Shown here: positions 55,000-63,843 of the stretch, piece after piece
Numbering within the stretch: the stretch's first letter is position 1
Layout: the number at the start of each line of letters is the position of its first letter
Made by a program: the position numbers and the translations under genes
DNA from: a virus
IMG/VR virus record: IMGVR_UViG_3300028840_002524
Coordinates: 52,196-116,195 of that record
Direction: 5' to 3' (one strand)
DNA length: 64,000 nt
The notes under the pieces: generated by a model
Seen by the model: only the letters and a program-made list of their open reading frames with translations
Told to the model about the DNA's origin: nothing
Databases searched by the model: none

Positions 55000-55455
55000 A
55001 TGACAAGGTTGAGCACGGAGATGAAAGAAGCCCTCGGAATCCCGGCCTACAACTACGAGATCACTATCGACACGGACGCCCTCCGGGCCCTCCTTGGGCG
55101 GGCGAGGAGCAACACCACGGGAAAGGCCAAGGGCGGCCCGATCCGTGTGAAGGTCCTCACCGACTCCACGGACTTCGTGGTCTACTACGCCCCCGATGGG
55201 CCGATGCAGGACGAGCACGGCGTCAAGCCGGTGCAGTTCGACGTGCGGGCCCACAGCTTCGAGGCGGCCGACAAGATGGCCTGGAAGGGGCTGTGCCGGT
55301 ACTTCAAGCGGAGCCGAGTCCCGGGATACGACCGCATCCACACCTTCAAGCGCATACCCGGGAACCCCCACCTGCTCCGGAACAAGTACGGGGCGGCACC
55401 CTACGACTTGGAAGCCCTTGAGGGCTTCGACTTCGAGGACATCACGAATGCCTGA
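55000..55455 (+). CDS. Hypothetical protein
   Basis: RBS AGGAGG. Confidence 0.65.
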   Translation: MTRLSTEMKEALGIPAYNYEITIDTDALRALLGRARSNTTGKAKGGPIRVKVLTDSTDFVVYYAPDGPMQDEHGVKPVQFDVRAHSFEAADKMAWKGLCRYFKRSRVPGYDRIHTFKRIPGNPHLLRNKYGAAPYDLEALEGFDFEDITNA

Positions 55456-55684
55456 GTACGACGCGATCACCGAGTGGCAGGGGCGTATGAAAGCCTGGGG
55501 CGCAGCGGCCCGTCAGGAGTATGAGCGCCGAATGCGTGCCGCAGGCCGCGAGGCCGGGATCCACTATGACGGAACCTGGGAGACGGCCGAGCGGATCGAC
55601 GCTGGCGGTCAAATCGCCCGGGACGTGGCGGCCTTGTTCGCGCCCACCCGGCCGAAGATGCCCCGCCCCAAAAATAATTCTTGA
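55448..55684 (+). CDS. Hypothetical protein
   Basis: Start MPEYDAI overlapping the upstream stop. Confidence 0.45.
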   Translation: MPEYDAITEWQGRMKAWGAAARQEYERRMRAAGREAGIHYDGTWETAERIDAGGQIARDVAALFAPTRPKMPRPKNNS

Positions 55685-55733
55685 ATATCGGTTGAAAAGC
55701 GGATCATAACACCCTATAATACTAATAGACGGG
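55681..55733 (+). promoter_or_regulatory. Repeated strong promoter, copy 5 (identical to copy 4 over 53 bp)
   Basis: TTGAAA(55692)-17-TATAAT, then ACTAATAGACGGG; leader ACCGACTGAAAGGAGCA also shared with copy 4. Confidence 0.85.
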
Positions 55734-55766
55734 AAACGAAACCAACCGACTGAAAGGAGCACCAGG

Positions 55767-56234
55767 ATGAACGACACCGCCACCATGACCGACCGCGAGG
55801 GAGTCCTCTTCACGAAGTTCGGTGAGGTCCGCTTCAACGCCACCTCCGGGGAGCACGTCGCCCTCAGCACGAGCCCCACCTACGAGAACGGCCCCAAGTA
55901 CATCAAGGTCCACGGGGTCTCCTACTACTTTGTCCTCCACCTCCACAAGAAGGAAGATGGCTCCTGGGACACCGCCGACGGCGACTACATCTATCTGACC
56001 CGGCCCGACTGGAAAGAGCCCTCCTGGGCGGCCAAGAGGAATTCCACGGCGGCCCTCAAGGAGGCGTGGACCGCCTTTACCAAGGAGCACCCCGAGGTCC
56101 TCCACGAGGCCGAGCGCCACTACGCCCGCGAGCGTGTCAGCCGCGCCCGGGAGGAGTTCGCCGAGGTCGAGAGGGAACTCGAAGCGAAACGCGAGGAGCT
56201 GCGGTCGGCCGAGGAGGCCCTCGCAGCCCTGTAA
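55767..56234 (+). CDS. Hypothetical protein with a C-terminal coiled coil
   Basis: RBS AAGGAG. Confidence 0.7.
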   Translation: MNDTATMTDREGVLFTKFGEVRFNATSGEHVALSTSPTYENGPKYIKVHGVSYYFVLHLHKKEDGSWDTADGDYIYLTRPDWKEPSWAAKRNSTAALKEAWTAFTKEHPEVLHEAERHYARERVSRAREEFAEVERELEAKREELRSAEEALAAL

Positions 56235-56280
56235 ACCACAACCCAGGGGGCCCTTCGGGGCCCCCGCCCTGGAGGGCACC

Positions 56281-56544
56281 ATGCACACCACCCGCCGCCG
56301 CTCCCGCCGCCCCGCCAACTCCGTTTCCCACCTCCTTCGGGTGGCCCTCCCCGGAGCCCCTCGGCCTACCTTTTGGGACTTCTCCATCGTGCGCCTCCAG
56401 ACGGCCGTGGACCGCCTCCGCATGTACTACCTGAACACCTACGGCCTGGACCCCTCCATCACCTTGGTGCGTAAGGTCGCCGAGGAGACCCGGCAGGGTG
56501 GCCGGTCCGTCCGGATCATGGGAAGCGTGAGCAGGCTTCCCTGA
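56281..56544 (+). CDS. Hypothetical protein
   Basis: RBS GGAGG; start MHTTRRR. Confidence 0.45.
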   Translation: MHTTRRRSRRPANSVSHLLRVALPGAPRPTFWDFSIVRLQTAVDRLRMYYLNTYGLDPSITLVRKVAEETRQGGRSVRIMGSVSRLP

Positions 56545-56568
56545 CGGCCCGCTGGCGACAAAAAAACT

Positions 56569-56621
56569 TTTAATTTCGATTGAAAAGCGGATCGTGACGC
56601 CCTATAATACTAATAGACGGG
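56569..56621 (+). promoter_or_regulatory. Repeated strong promoter, copy 6
   Basis: TTGAAA(56580)-17-TATAAT, then ACTAATAGACGGG. Confidence 0.85.
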
Positions 56622-56637
56622 AAACGAAAGGAAACCG

Positions 56638-57198
56638 ATGAGCGACGCCACGACCGACACCAAGCCCGGCAAGGTCAACGAGGGAGACCGGTTCTTCTAC
56701 CTGGGAGGCGCGGGCCACGAGCCCCAAGCCTACTATGTGAGCGAAGTGCACGTCTGGAAGGACGGCTACCGCGAGATCACCCTCGACACCCTCGAACACG
56801 TCAACGCCTCCGGGAACTATGTCTTCCCGGACACAGACGCCTATTGCTGCGGGGAACTCGAAGAGCGCGACTTCGAGCCCGGCGGGAGCTCCCACCCGAA
56901 CGGGGAGGCTCCCAAGGGGCTCAAGAAGGTGACGCGCTCCTTCGACAAGAAGGGCGAGTTCCAGGGCCTTGCGGGGGGCGGAGCGGCTTTCAAGAAGTCA
57001 CCCACCCACGCGACCCATCCCGAGGGCGGCCCCCTCTGCGGCGCAAAACTCTCCCACAAGCACACCAAGGCCGAGGGCCGCTGGAACCCTTGGGACAAGC
57101 AACGCTGCCCCGAGGAGACCACGGAGACGGCCTGGGTGCCCTCCTACGCCCCGGTGACCTGCAAGAAATGTCTCAAGGCCCTGGAAAAGGCCGAATAA
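56638..57198 (+). CDS. Hypothetical protein with a C-terminal zinc-binding motif
   Basis: 'TH......PLCG...VTCKKCLK'. Confidence 0.7.
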   Translation: MSDATTDTKPGKVNEGDRFFYLGGAGHEPQAYYVSEVHVWKDGYREITLDTLEHVNASGNYVFPDTDAYCCGELEERDFEPGGSSHPNGEAPKGLKKVTRSFDKKGEFQGLAGGGAAFKKSPTHATHPEGGPLCGAKLSHKHTKAEGRWNPWDKQRCPEETTETAWVPSYAPVTCKKCLKALEKAE

Positions 57199-57213
57199 CC
57201 GACGGAGGACGAA

Positions 57214-57522
57214 ATGACGACTGTGACAGTGGAACACACGAACGACAACATGCTCGCCGAGAAGGTCGCGGTGGCCTTTGCCGTCTGCCTCAAGAGCGAC
57301 ATGGGGGAGGACAACCTCCGCGAGGTGGTGCGCAGGAACGCGACCGAGGAATACCTCGGGAGCTGCGCCACCCACGACTTCCTCGACGCCAACATGGTGA
57401 TGGCCGACGTGCTCACCAGGATGTTCGGGTTCGAGGACGATCTCGGAAACGATTGCTACGTGGGCCTCTGGAATGCGGCCTGGGACATGGCGAAGGACGC
57501 CAAGTTCTACTTGAAGGGATAG
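57214..57522 (+). CDS. Hypothetical protein
   Basis: RBS GGAGG; 'CATHDFLDANMVM...WNAAW..AK'. Confidence 0.7.
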   Translation: MTTVTVEHTNDNMLAEKVAVAFAVCLKSDMGEDNLREVVRRNATEEYLGSCATHDFLDANMVMADVLTRMFGFEDDLGNDCYVGLWNAAWDMAKDAKFYLKG

Positions 57523-57556
57523 AAAGCGGCGCTGGCGGCCGCGAAAGGAGAACAGG

Positions 57557-57850
57557 ATGGGACACACACGAGCCATCGAGATGAGGCGCTACGCGGGCAA
57601 CGAGGACGGCCTGCGGTGGCACCTGGGCCACAACCACTACCCCCCGGTGAGCACGGACTTCATCCCGGCGGCCAAGGAGGCCATTGTCCGGGCGAATGAC
57701 GACGACTGGGCGAGCGAGATCACCCTCCCGAACGGACGCACCGCGACCGTCGAGGAAGTGGTGAACACCCTGCACCTGGACGCTTTCCTCGGCCCCGAAG
57801 CCCAGGATTGCGAGGACGACATACCCTTCGGGGATCCGATCATCGGCTGA
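57557..57850 (+). CDS. Hypothetical protein
   Basis: RBS AAGGAG; 'WHL..NHYPPV'. Confidence 0.7.
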   Translation: MGHTRAIEMRRYAGNEDGLRWHLGHNHYPPVSTDFIPAAKEAIVRANDDDWASEITLPNGRTATVEEVVNTLHLDAFLGPEAQDCEDDIPFGDPIIG

Positions 57851-57889
57851 GAGCGTAGGCGCCTACGGGCCCGACTTGGAGACACTGCA

Positions 57890-58654
57890 ATGCTGACCGC
57901 ACGACGCACCACGATCCACGGCCTCCTCAAGCGTTCCACCACCTTCGAGGAGAACGGCGAAACCATCCGCCTCACGGCCACCGTGAAGCTCTCCCACATC
58001 GAGGGGAACAAGAAGCCCCACCTGTCCGTGACCGGGGAGACCCGCATCGTCCACGAGCCGGGATACGCCGGGAGCATCGAGGCGTGCGGGTGTCTGCACG
58101 ACCTGATCCGGGAGCACCTCCCCGAGGTCGCCGAGTTCATTACCTTCCACCTGTGGGACGGCCTCCCCATGCACTACGAGGCCAACGCGCTCTACTGGCA
58201 CGCGCTCCTGCATGGCACCTCCGAGTTCGGGGATTGCCGCAACGCCCTCAACAACGACCTCGACTACACGGACCCAATGAACCCTCGCAGGATGACGGAC
58301 CGCGAGTGTCGCCAGCGCGTGCGCGACATCCTCAAGAGCCACGTGGGGTTCGGCCTGTCCGACAAGGACACGGCCCGCAAGCTCCTCACCAAGGACCGCG
58401 AGGAGTTCATCTCGTGGCTCAAGGAGCGCGGCCCGGACATCTTCGCCAAGTTCGACGCGGCCGTGGTCCGCATCTGGGCGGGAGGGATGCCCCCGCTCCG
58501 GGATTACAAGTGCCTGGAGTGCAAGCACACCTGGACGGCCGCCGTCGAGCACGTCGGGTGCACCCGGGCCCTCACGAGCGAGCGCAGGCCGAATTGCCCC
58601 GAGTGCAACTCCATGGCCTCCTCCGCAAGCCCGTTCTACGTCAAAAAAGATTAA
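57890..58654 (+). CDS. Hypothetical protein with a C-terminal zinc ribbon
   Basis: 'GCLHDLI..H.PE......HL....PMHY..NA.YW'; CLEC...CPEC. Confidence 0.7.
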   Translation: MLTARRTTIHGLLKRSTTFEENGETIRLTATVKLSHIEGNKKPHLSVTGETRIVHEPGYAGSIEACGCLHDLIREHLPEVAEFITFHLWDGLPMHYEANALYWHALLHGTSEFGDCRNALNNDLDYTDPMNPRRMTDRECRQRVRDILKSHVGFGLSDKDTARKLLTKDREEFISWLKERGPDIFAKFDAAVVRIWAGGMPPLRDYKCLECKHTWTAAVEHVGCTRALTSERRPNCPECNSMASSASPFYVKKD

Positions 58655-58700
58655 ATAGCGGTTGAAAAGCGGATCATGACACCCTATAATATAAATAGAT
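58651..58700 (+). promoter_or_regulatory. Repeated strong promoter, copy 7 (diverged)
   Basis: TTGAAA(58662)-17-TATAAT, then ATAAATAGAT. Confidence 0.8.
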
Positions 58701-58731
58701 GAGGAACGCAACACAACCGACTGGAGGAACC

Positions 58732-59664
58732 ATGGACTACGAGAACGACATCCCGACCGAGACGGCCTTGGAGGCCCACAGGGGAACGAGCTTCACCCCC
58801 GAGAAGCGGGCCGAGCAGGAGCGTGCCGGGTACGCGGACACCCTCCGCTCCGACCGCGAGAACCTCATGAAGCACGCCGACACGGAGGAGAAGCGGGCGC
58901 TCCTGGAGGAGCTCTTCGCGGCCTACCGCACCGGCTACCGGGAAAAGACGCTCGCCCACCTGCGCTCCCGCGCCGGGATCATGTCGAGCATGATCACCGG
59001 CCCTTCGAACTTCCCCACGCGCCGCATGGAGAAGAAGAACGACACCGCGCACCGGCGGTTGGAGGAGCTGATCGAGTACCGCGAGAAACAACTCGACAAG
59101 ATGCGCCGGGCCATGCACCCGGAGCAGGCCCCGATCCGCTCGGAGGATTCCGACGCGGTGACCAAGCTCAAGGCCAAGATCGCCAAGCTTGAGGCCGCCC
59201 AGGAGCAGTACAAGGCAATCAACAAGGCCGTCCGGAAGCACAAGAAAGCGGGCACCGAGGCCCAGGTGGCGGCCCTCATGGAACTCGGACTCTCCGAGGC
59301 CACGGCCCACAAGACCCTGGAGCCCGACTTCGCGGGCCGGGCGGGAATCCCCTCCTACGTTCTCACGAACAACAACGCCAACATCCGACGCCTCAAGAAG
59401 CGGGTCCCCCAGGTGGAGGCCCTCCAGGAGGCCAAGCCCTCCGAGGAGGAGGGGACGGAGGCCACCTTCGAGGACGCCCCCCAGGACAACCGGGTTCGCC
59501 TCTACTTCCCCGGAAAGCCCGACGCCTCGGTCCGGTCCCACCTCAAGCGCAACGGGTTCAGGTGGGCGCCCTCCCTCGGGTGTTGGCAGGCTTACCGGAA
59601 CGCTCGCACCATCGAGACGGCCCGCAACGCGGCCGGGCTCGAAGCGGCGTCGCCAGCGACCTAA
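58732..59664 (+). CDS. DUF3560-like/polyvalent-protein-associated domain protein
   Basis: 'SSMITGPSNFP', 'LTNNNANIRRLKKR', 'NRVRLYFPGKPD...LKRNGFRWAPS..WQ'. Confidence 0.65.
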   Translation: MDYENDIPTETALEAHRGTSFTPEKRAEQERAGYADTLRSDRENLMKHADTEEKRALLEELFAAYRTGYREKTLAHLRSRAGIMSSMITGPSNFPTRRMEKKNDTAHRRLEELIEYREKQLDKMRRAMHPEQAPIRSEDSDAVTKLKAKIAKLEAAQEQYKAINKAVRKHKKAGTEAQVAALMELGLSEATAHKTLEPDFAGRAGIPSYVLTNNNANIRRLKKRVPQVEALQEAKPSEEEGTEATFEDAPQDNRVRLYFPGKPDASVRSHLKRNGFRWAPSLGCWQAYRNARTIETARNAAGLEAASPAT

Positions 59665-59670
59665 AAAACT

Positions 59671-59723
59671 TTGAATTTCGCTTGAAAAGCGGACCGTGAC
59701 ACGCCATAATACTAATAGACGGG
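59671..59723 (+). promoter_or_regulatory. Repeated strong promoter, copy 8
   Basis: TTGAAA(59682)-17-CATAAT, then ACTAATAGACGGG. Confidence 0.85.
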
Positions 59724-59759
59724 TAACGCAACCGACCGACTCTCACGAAAGGGGGAACC

Positions 59760-60065
59760 ATGGCGACCACGGAAACCAAGGCGGCCAAGACGGTCACGGG
59801 ACCTGAGTGCCCGGCTTGCTCGGGCAAGCGGCATCACCCTCACCCCAAGCACGCCCAGGTGTTCACCTGCGCCCGGTGCGGCGCCCTTCACGGAACGTGC
59901 TACAAGGGCGATTCCTACGCTCTTGTCCTCCCCTACTGGCACGAGGGCGAGGAGAACCCCGAGGACACGCGCTACTTCGACCTTGAGGTCCTGGGAAGCG
60001 CCGGGGTCGAGCGGAGGCACGGGTGGTATCACACCAAAACCAAACGCATCACCCAGACGGGTTAG
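59760..60065 (+). CDS. Small zinc-ribbon protein
   Basis: CPAC...CARC; RBS GGGGG. Confidence 0.7.
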   Translation: MATTETKAAKTVTGPECPACSGKRHHPHPKHAQVFTCARCGALHGTCYKGDSYALVLPYWHEGEENPEDTRYFDLEVLGSAGVERRHGWYHTKTKRITQTG

Positions 60066-60103
60066 GGCCCCACACGGGGCCCTCCATCACGGAGGGCGAA
60101 ACA

Positions 60104-60325
60104 ATGTTGAACTTGCACGAGCACGAGGACGCTAAGGGAATGAAAAAGGTGTGGCTGGAGCACGCGGCCCCCATGGCGACGTGCCGGGGGCGCGGCGGCC
60201 GGGATGACACCATGCGCGAGCCCGCGTTCCAGGACGCGGCCGGAAGGATCTTCGAGGTCGGCCGGGACGGCCGCCTCACGGAGACCACCCACCTCCTCGG
60301 AATGTGGGTGAAGCCCCGGGAATAG
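60104..60325 (+). CDS. Hypothetical protein
   Basis: RBS GGAGG; start MLNLHEH. Confidence 0.5.
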   Translation: MLNLHEHEDAKGMKKVWLEHAAPMATCRGRGGRDDTMREPAFQDAAGRIFEVGRDGRLTETTHLLGMWVKPRE

Positions 60326-60340
60326 GCCCGGGACCACGCT

Positions 60341-60432
60341 GCCGGTGTGGCGCAATAGGCAGACGCAGCCCCTTAGAAGGGTGGGTTCCCCCTCGGAATC
60401 ACATGCGGGTTCGAGTCCCGCCACCGGCACCA
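60341..60432 (+). tRNA. tRNA-Leu (anticodon TAG), 4-bp anticodon stem
   Basis: Acceptor GCCGGTG/CACCGGC plus A-CCA; Leu-type D arm; loop CT-TAG-AA; long variable arm GGTTCC/GGAATC; T arm GCGGG-TTCGAGT-CCCGC. Confidence 0.85.
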
Positions 60433-60454
60433 AATCTAACGACGGGAGGCAATC

Positions 60455-60946
60455 ATGACGGTGAAGCTGAATATGTTCCACAGGGAGCTCACGCGGACGG
60501 TCGAGGGCCGTAACCGGGTGAAGCGTGCCCGCACGGAGGAGGCCGAGATTGGGTGCTCCGAGGTGATCTTCGAGGTACCGACCGCGCACCCCAAGGTGAC
60601 GGTCCTGGTGTACACGTCGTACGACCCCAAGGCCCGGGGCCTCAAGGCCGACGGCGAGGACGCCGTGAAGTTCGTGGTGAAGTACGAGGGCCGCGAGAAG
60701 AACCGGTTCGTCGGGAACCTCAAGAAGGTTCATCGCCAGCGCCTCGACGGCAACGGGGGCACAGAGCGATTCTACGAGCGCGTGGTGCAGGAAGTGGCGA
60801 CCTTGGCCGCCATGGCCGTCCCGATCCGGAAGTGCCGGTGCGGCTCGATCCTCGTTCCCAGATGGGCCAAGAAAAAGGCCAAGTGGTTCCTCGGGTGCCT
60901 GGACCTCTGCGGCCATTCCATGGACATCGACATCGAGGAGGCGTGA
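60455..60946 (+). CDS. Hypothetical protein with a C-terminal topoisomerase-type zinc ribbon
   Basis: 'KCRCGS.LV.R......FLGC...C'. Confidence 0.65.
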   Translation: MTVKLNMFHRELTRTVEGRNRVKRARTEEAEIGCSEVIFEVPTAHPKVTVLVYTSYDPKARGLKADGEDAVKFVVKYEGREKNRFVGNLKKVHRQRLDGNGGTERFYERVVQEVATLAAMAVPIRKCRCGSILVPRWAKKKAKWFLGCLDLCGHSMDIDIEEA

Positions 60947-61191
60947 TGAACAACGACTGCCACGGGGATTTCTTCAAGGCGTACGGCACGTGGTACTACC
61001 GGTGCATCGGCGATGGCCGCGTGGTGAAGGACCTGGGCCCGGACGCGGCGGCCTGTCCTCTCTGCAAGCGGCCGATCCGCGCCGACAACGTGGGCGAGGT
61101 CGAGGTCCATACCCGGGTGGTGCGCGAGGTCACGTTCCAGTCTGGTACCAACAAGGTAACCTTCGACCTGAGCAACGCCGTGGAGGCTTGA
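60946..61191 (+). CDS. Small zinc-binding hypothetical protein
   Basis: RBS GGAGG; 'YRC...ACPLCK'. Confidence 0.55.
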   Translation: MNNDCHGDFFKAYGTWYYRCIGDGRVVKDLGPDAAACPLCKRPIRADNVGEVEVHTRVVREVTFQSGTNKVTFDLSNAVEA

Positions 61192-61222
61192 CCCTTTCGG
61201 AAGTGGGGCATAGACTGAGTGC

Positions 61223-61489
61223 ATGGGCGACCTACAGGACAACCCGGCGGGCATCAAACCGCTGCCCTTCCCATCCGCCTCGGGCACCTACCGCGTGCCG
61301 ATCCACGACCTCGTGAGCGACGGCCACGCCAAGCAGGTAGCCCCCGGAGTCTGGGAGATCCTCACAGAGGTCGAGGTTGTCGTGGAGGAGGGGCTTCCCC
61401 TGGTCATGGACGTGGGATCTCGGTGGGCCACCATCGACCACGTTTTCAACCAGACATTCCAGAACCTTCGCCTGCAACTCTTCAACTAA
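61223..61489 (+). CDS. Hypothetical protein
   Basis: 88-aa ORF before the next promoter. Confidence 0.45.
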   Translation: MGDLQDNPAGIKPLPFPSASGTYRVPIHDLVSDGHAKQVAPGVWEILTEVEVVVEEGLPLVMDVGSRWATIDHVFNQTFQNLRLQLFN

Positions 61490-61513
61490 CCCCACCACCG
61501 GCCCCTTTTTCTT

Positions 61514-61542
61514 TTGACAAGCGGGCCATGATAGTATAAACT
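61514..61542 (+). promoter_or_regulatory. Sigma70-like promoter
   Basis: TTGACA-17-TAAACT with CATGATAG in the spacer. Confidence 0.65.
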
Positions 61543-61565
61543 TTGGACGTTTCAGGTGGGGCGTC

Positions 61566-63056
61566 ATGACTCAAGAACACCATCCCCGTTCGCTGCTCAT
61601 GGACTTCTACGCGGCCGTCGGGATGCAATTCGAGCACATTGACCCGGAGGACGCTGCATTGGTGTTCGCACGCGACGCCAGCGCCCTCGGGACCGTCGTG
61701 ATCGACCCCAACCTCGCCAAGGAGGCCCGCAGAGTCCGGAACCTGTCCATAGGCTCCCTCTACGACGCCCTCCTGCGGGATGTTCCCTTCGTGCTCGCGG
61801 CCGAGGTGCGCCATATCTACGACGAGGGGAAGCTCAAGCCCTCACGGTCCAAGTTCTTCTCGAACAACTTCGGACCCCTCGGCACGAAGTGGTTTTTCGT
61901 GTACGACGCGATCTACAGGCACGCGGGCACCGGCCTCGATTGCGAACCCGTGGCACCGGATTCGCCCCTTGACCGGCAACACCCCGGATACCTCCAGTCA
62001 TACATCGCGGCAATGACCGCATCGCGTGAGACCGGCCTCCCCTTCGAGGACGTGGCCGTGGCCGTGTTCGACAAGAGCGCCGGGGCGCAGTGGCATGGTC
62101 AATTCGGCGGTGCGCCGTGGCTGGAGATCGCTCGTGCGTTCAAGGCCCTTATTGAGGCGCCGGGGGAGGCGGGCGTAATCTCGGCCGTCGATCACATCGT
62201 GAGCCTGGAGCACAACACATCCACGCTGTTCACCAAGTGCGCTCACTGGGCTATCTCGGGCCGGTTCGAGTGGATAAAGGACATGCTCGACGTGAAGTTC
62301 TCGGCCTCATCGCCCCTCGCATTCCTGGGGCTGTGCACCGAGACCGTGCGCGAGACATATCTGGCCGTGGAGAAGAGCAGGCTACCCTACACGGGAGAGC
62401 GCCGGGCCATCACGGATGAATACAAGCCCGTCCCCCCAAACTGGGGCCCTGTCGCGTCGGTGGGTGAGGGGGATATACTCACCCTCCGGTACGGGGGCGC
62501 CGAGCGGGCTTTCAAGGTACACGCGGTGCTCGACTGGGATGACGATTTCTATTCCTTCCTCCTCGGGTCGGAAGGGTGGGCAGACCACAAGGGCGTCGGC
62601 CCGGGTGGCGAGCCCGTCGTGATTTCCACGTTCGCCATGACGGCCGAGGAGGTTGTGGAACGGTTCGTCTCCCTCCAGGAGGCGAGCGCCATGGAAAAGG
62701 CCCGACGGGTGGCCTCGAAGTTCTGCTCCGACCTCCACGGGCTCCTAACCGGGATCATCGCAATGGACAAACCCATGCTCAGCATGGGGAGCGTCCAGGT
62801 GTCCGGGCCCGCGTCCGTAGCCCTGCGGTTCCGGATCAAAGGCCCGAAAGGGTCCAATTTCAGGATCTATATCCTCTTCACAGCGGAGGAGGTCAGCGTT
62901 CGGTGGAGTACCGCGAAGCACGCCTCGAACGACCCCACCAAGGAGGAGCTGTTCGAGGATATTCCTATCGCGCAGGTGAGCGAGGCCGACTTTCTGAACG
63001 ACTTCGGACGCAGGCTCCTCGGCAAGGCTGTCGAGGCGCTGGCGACAAGCGAGTGA
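61566..63056 (+). CDS. Hypothetical protein (496 aa)
   Basis: Long ORF with globular composition; 'FGGAPW..IA...DHIVSLEHNT..LF.K'; no family recognised. Confidence 0.7.
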   Translation: MTQEHHPRSLLMDFYAAVGMQFEHIDPEDAALVFARDASALGTVVIDPNLAKEARRVRNLSIGSLYDALLRDVPFVLAAEVRHIYDEGKLKPSRSKFFSNNFGPLGTKWFFVYDAIYRHAGTGLDCEPVAPDSPLDRQHPGYLQSYIAAMTASRETGLPFEDVAVAVFDKSAGAQWHGQFGGAPWLEIARAFKALIEAPGEAGVISAVDHIVSLEHNTSTLFTKCAHWAISGRFEWIKDMLDVKFSASSPLAFLGLCTETVRETYLAVEKSRLPYTGERRAITDEYKPVPPNWGPVASVGEGDILTLRYGGAERAFKVHAVLDWDDDFYSFLLGSEGWADHKGVGPGGEPVVISTFAMTAEEVVERFVSLQEASAMEKARRVASKFCSDLHGLLTGIIAMDKPMLSMGSVQVSGPASVALRFRIKGPKGSNFRIYILFTAEEVSVRWSTAKHASNDPTKEELFEDIPIAQVSEADFLNDFGRRLLGKAVEALATSE

Positions 63057-63063
63057 GGTACCA

Positions 63064-63843
63064 ATGGCAGACAAACGAGGCAAGAAGATCAACAAGCTCG
63101 AAAACGAGCTCATGGCCCGCAAGAAGGAGGCGCTCTCGTGGAAGGAGCAGCGGGTCAAAATGAAGAGCAAGATCGACTCCCTCGCGGCCGAGTCGGCCAA
63201 GCGGATGCTGTATCTCCAGGAGATTCACCGGGCCACGACGGGCAAGGAGGTGGAGGAGAAGGACATGAACGACGCCTCCGCCATCATGACCAGCATCACC
63301 CTGGGCCTCACCCACGTGCAGACCGAGCTCATCCGCCTCACCAAGGCGTCCGAAACCACCCTCTTCTCCAGCGAGATGGAGGACCTGGAGTGCTCGTGCC
63401 TCCGGTGCATGGGCCCCGAGGACCCCATCAAAGAGAAGCCCAAGAGCCCGGAGGAGATCGCCGAGCGCGAGCAGCGTTTGGAGGCCCTCTGCCGGGTCCA
63501 GAAGATAGCGAAGGGCGTCGTGCCCCGCTGCCCCATGTTCCGTTCACAGGAAACGCTCAAGGAGGAAGCGACAGATGACGATCCGCAGCGCGAAGGATTC
63601 CACGCCCCAGGAGTCCAAGGAGGAAACATCCCCAGAATCGGGTCCCACGTACGGGCAGCTCCAAGCGCAGGTGGCCCAACTGGAGCAGGCGCTCCAGACA
63701 GCAGCCCAGGGGGCGGCGCAGGCGCGGACGCACATGCAGATGGCGGAGAAGGAGGCGGAGACGATCAAGAGCCGGGTGTCGAGGGAGAAAAGGAAGATCC
63801 TCGACCGGGTGACGGTCCTGGAGGCGAGGCTCAAGGAGACTGA
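63064..63843 (+). CDS. Coiled-coil protein with Cys motifs; C-terminus overlaps the next ORF
   Basis: RBS GAGG; coiled coil followed by 'CSCLRC...C...CP'. Confidence 0.55.
   Translation: MADKRGKKINKLENELMARKKEALSWKEQRVKMKSKIDSLAAESAKRMLYLQEIHRATTGKEVEEKDMNDASAIMTSITLGLTHVQTELIRLTKASETTLFSSEMEDLECSCLRCMGPEDPIKEKPKSPEEIAEREQRLEALCRVQKIAKGVVPRCPMFRSQETLKEEATDDDPQREGFHAPGVQGGNIPRIGSHVRAAPSAGGPTGAGAPDSSPGGGAGADAHADGGEGGGDDQEPGVEGEKEDPRPGDGPGGEAQGD

Noticed and set aside
52065-59660. CGCTGGCG octamer near several array promoters as a Chi-like signal
   Set aside because: Position and orientation are inconsistent, and such a GC-rich 8-mer is expected by chance; it would need a formal enrichment test.
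48908-59723. The eight repeats as a CRISPR array or integron attC sites
   Set aside because: They are separated by 0.9-2.2 kb of genes, contain clear -35/-10 boxes and lack attC-type inverted core sites. No cas operon or integrase is present in the window.
60341-60432. tRNA as a prophage attachment site or host boundary
   Set aside because: No integrase or duplicated tRNA 3' end is seen, and phage-style genes and promoters continue on both sides.
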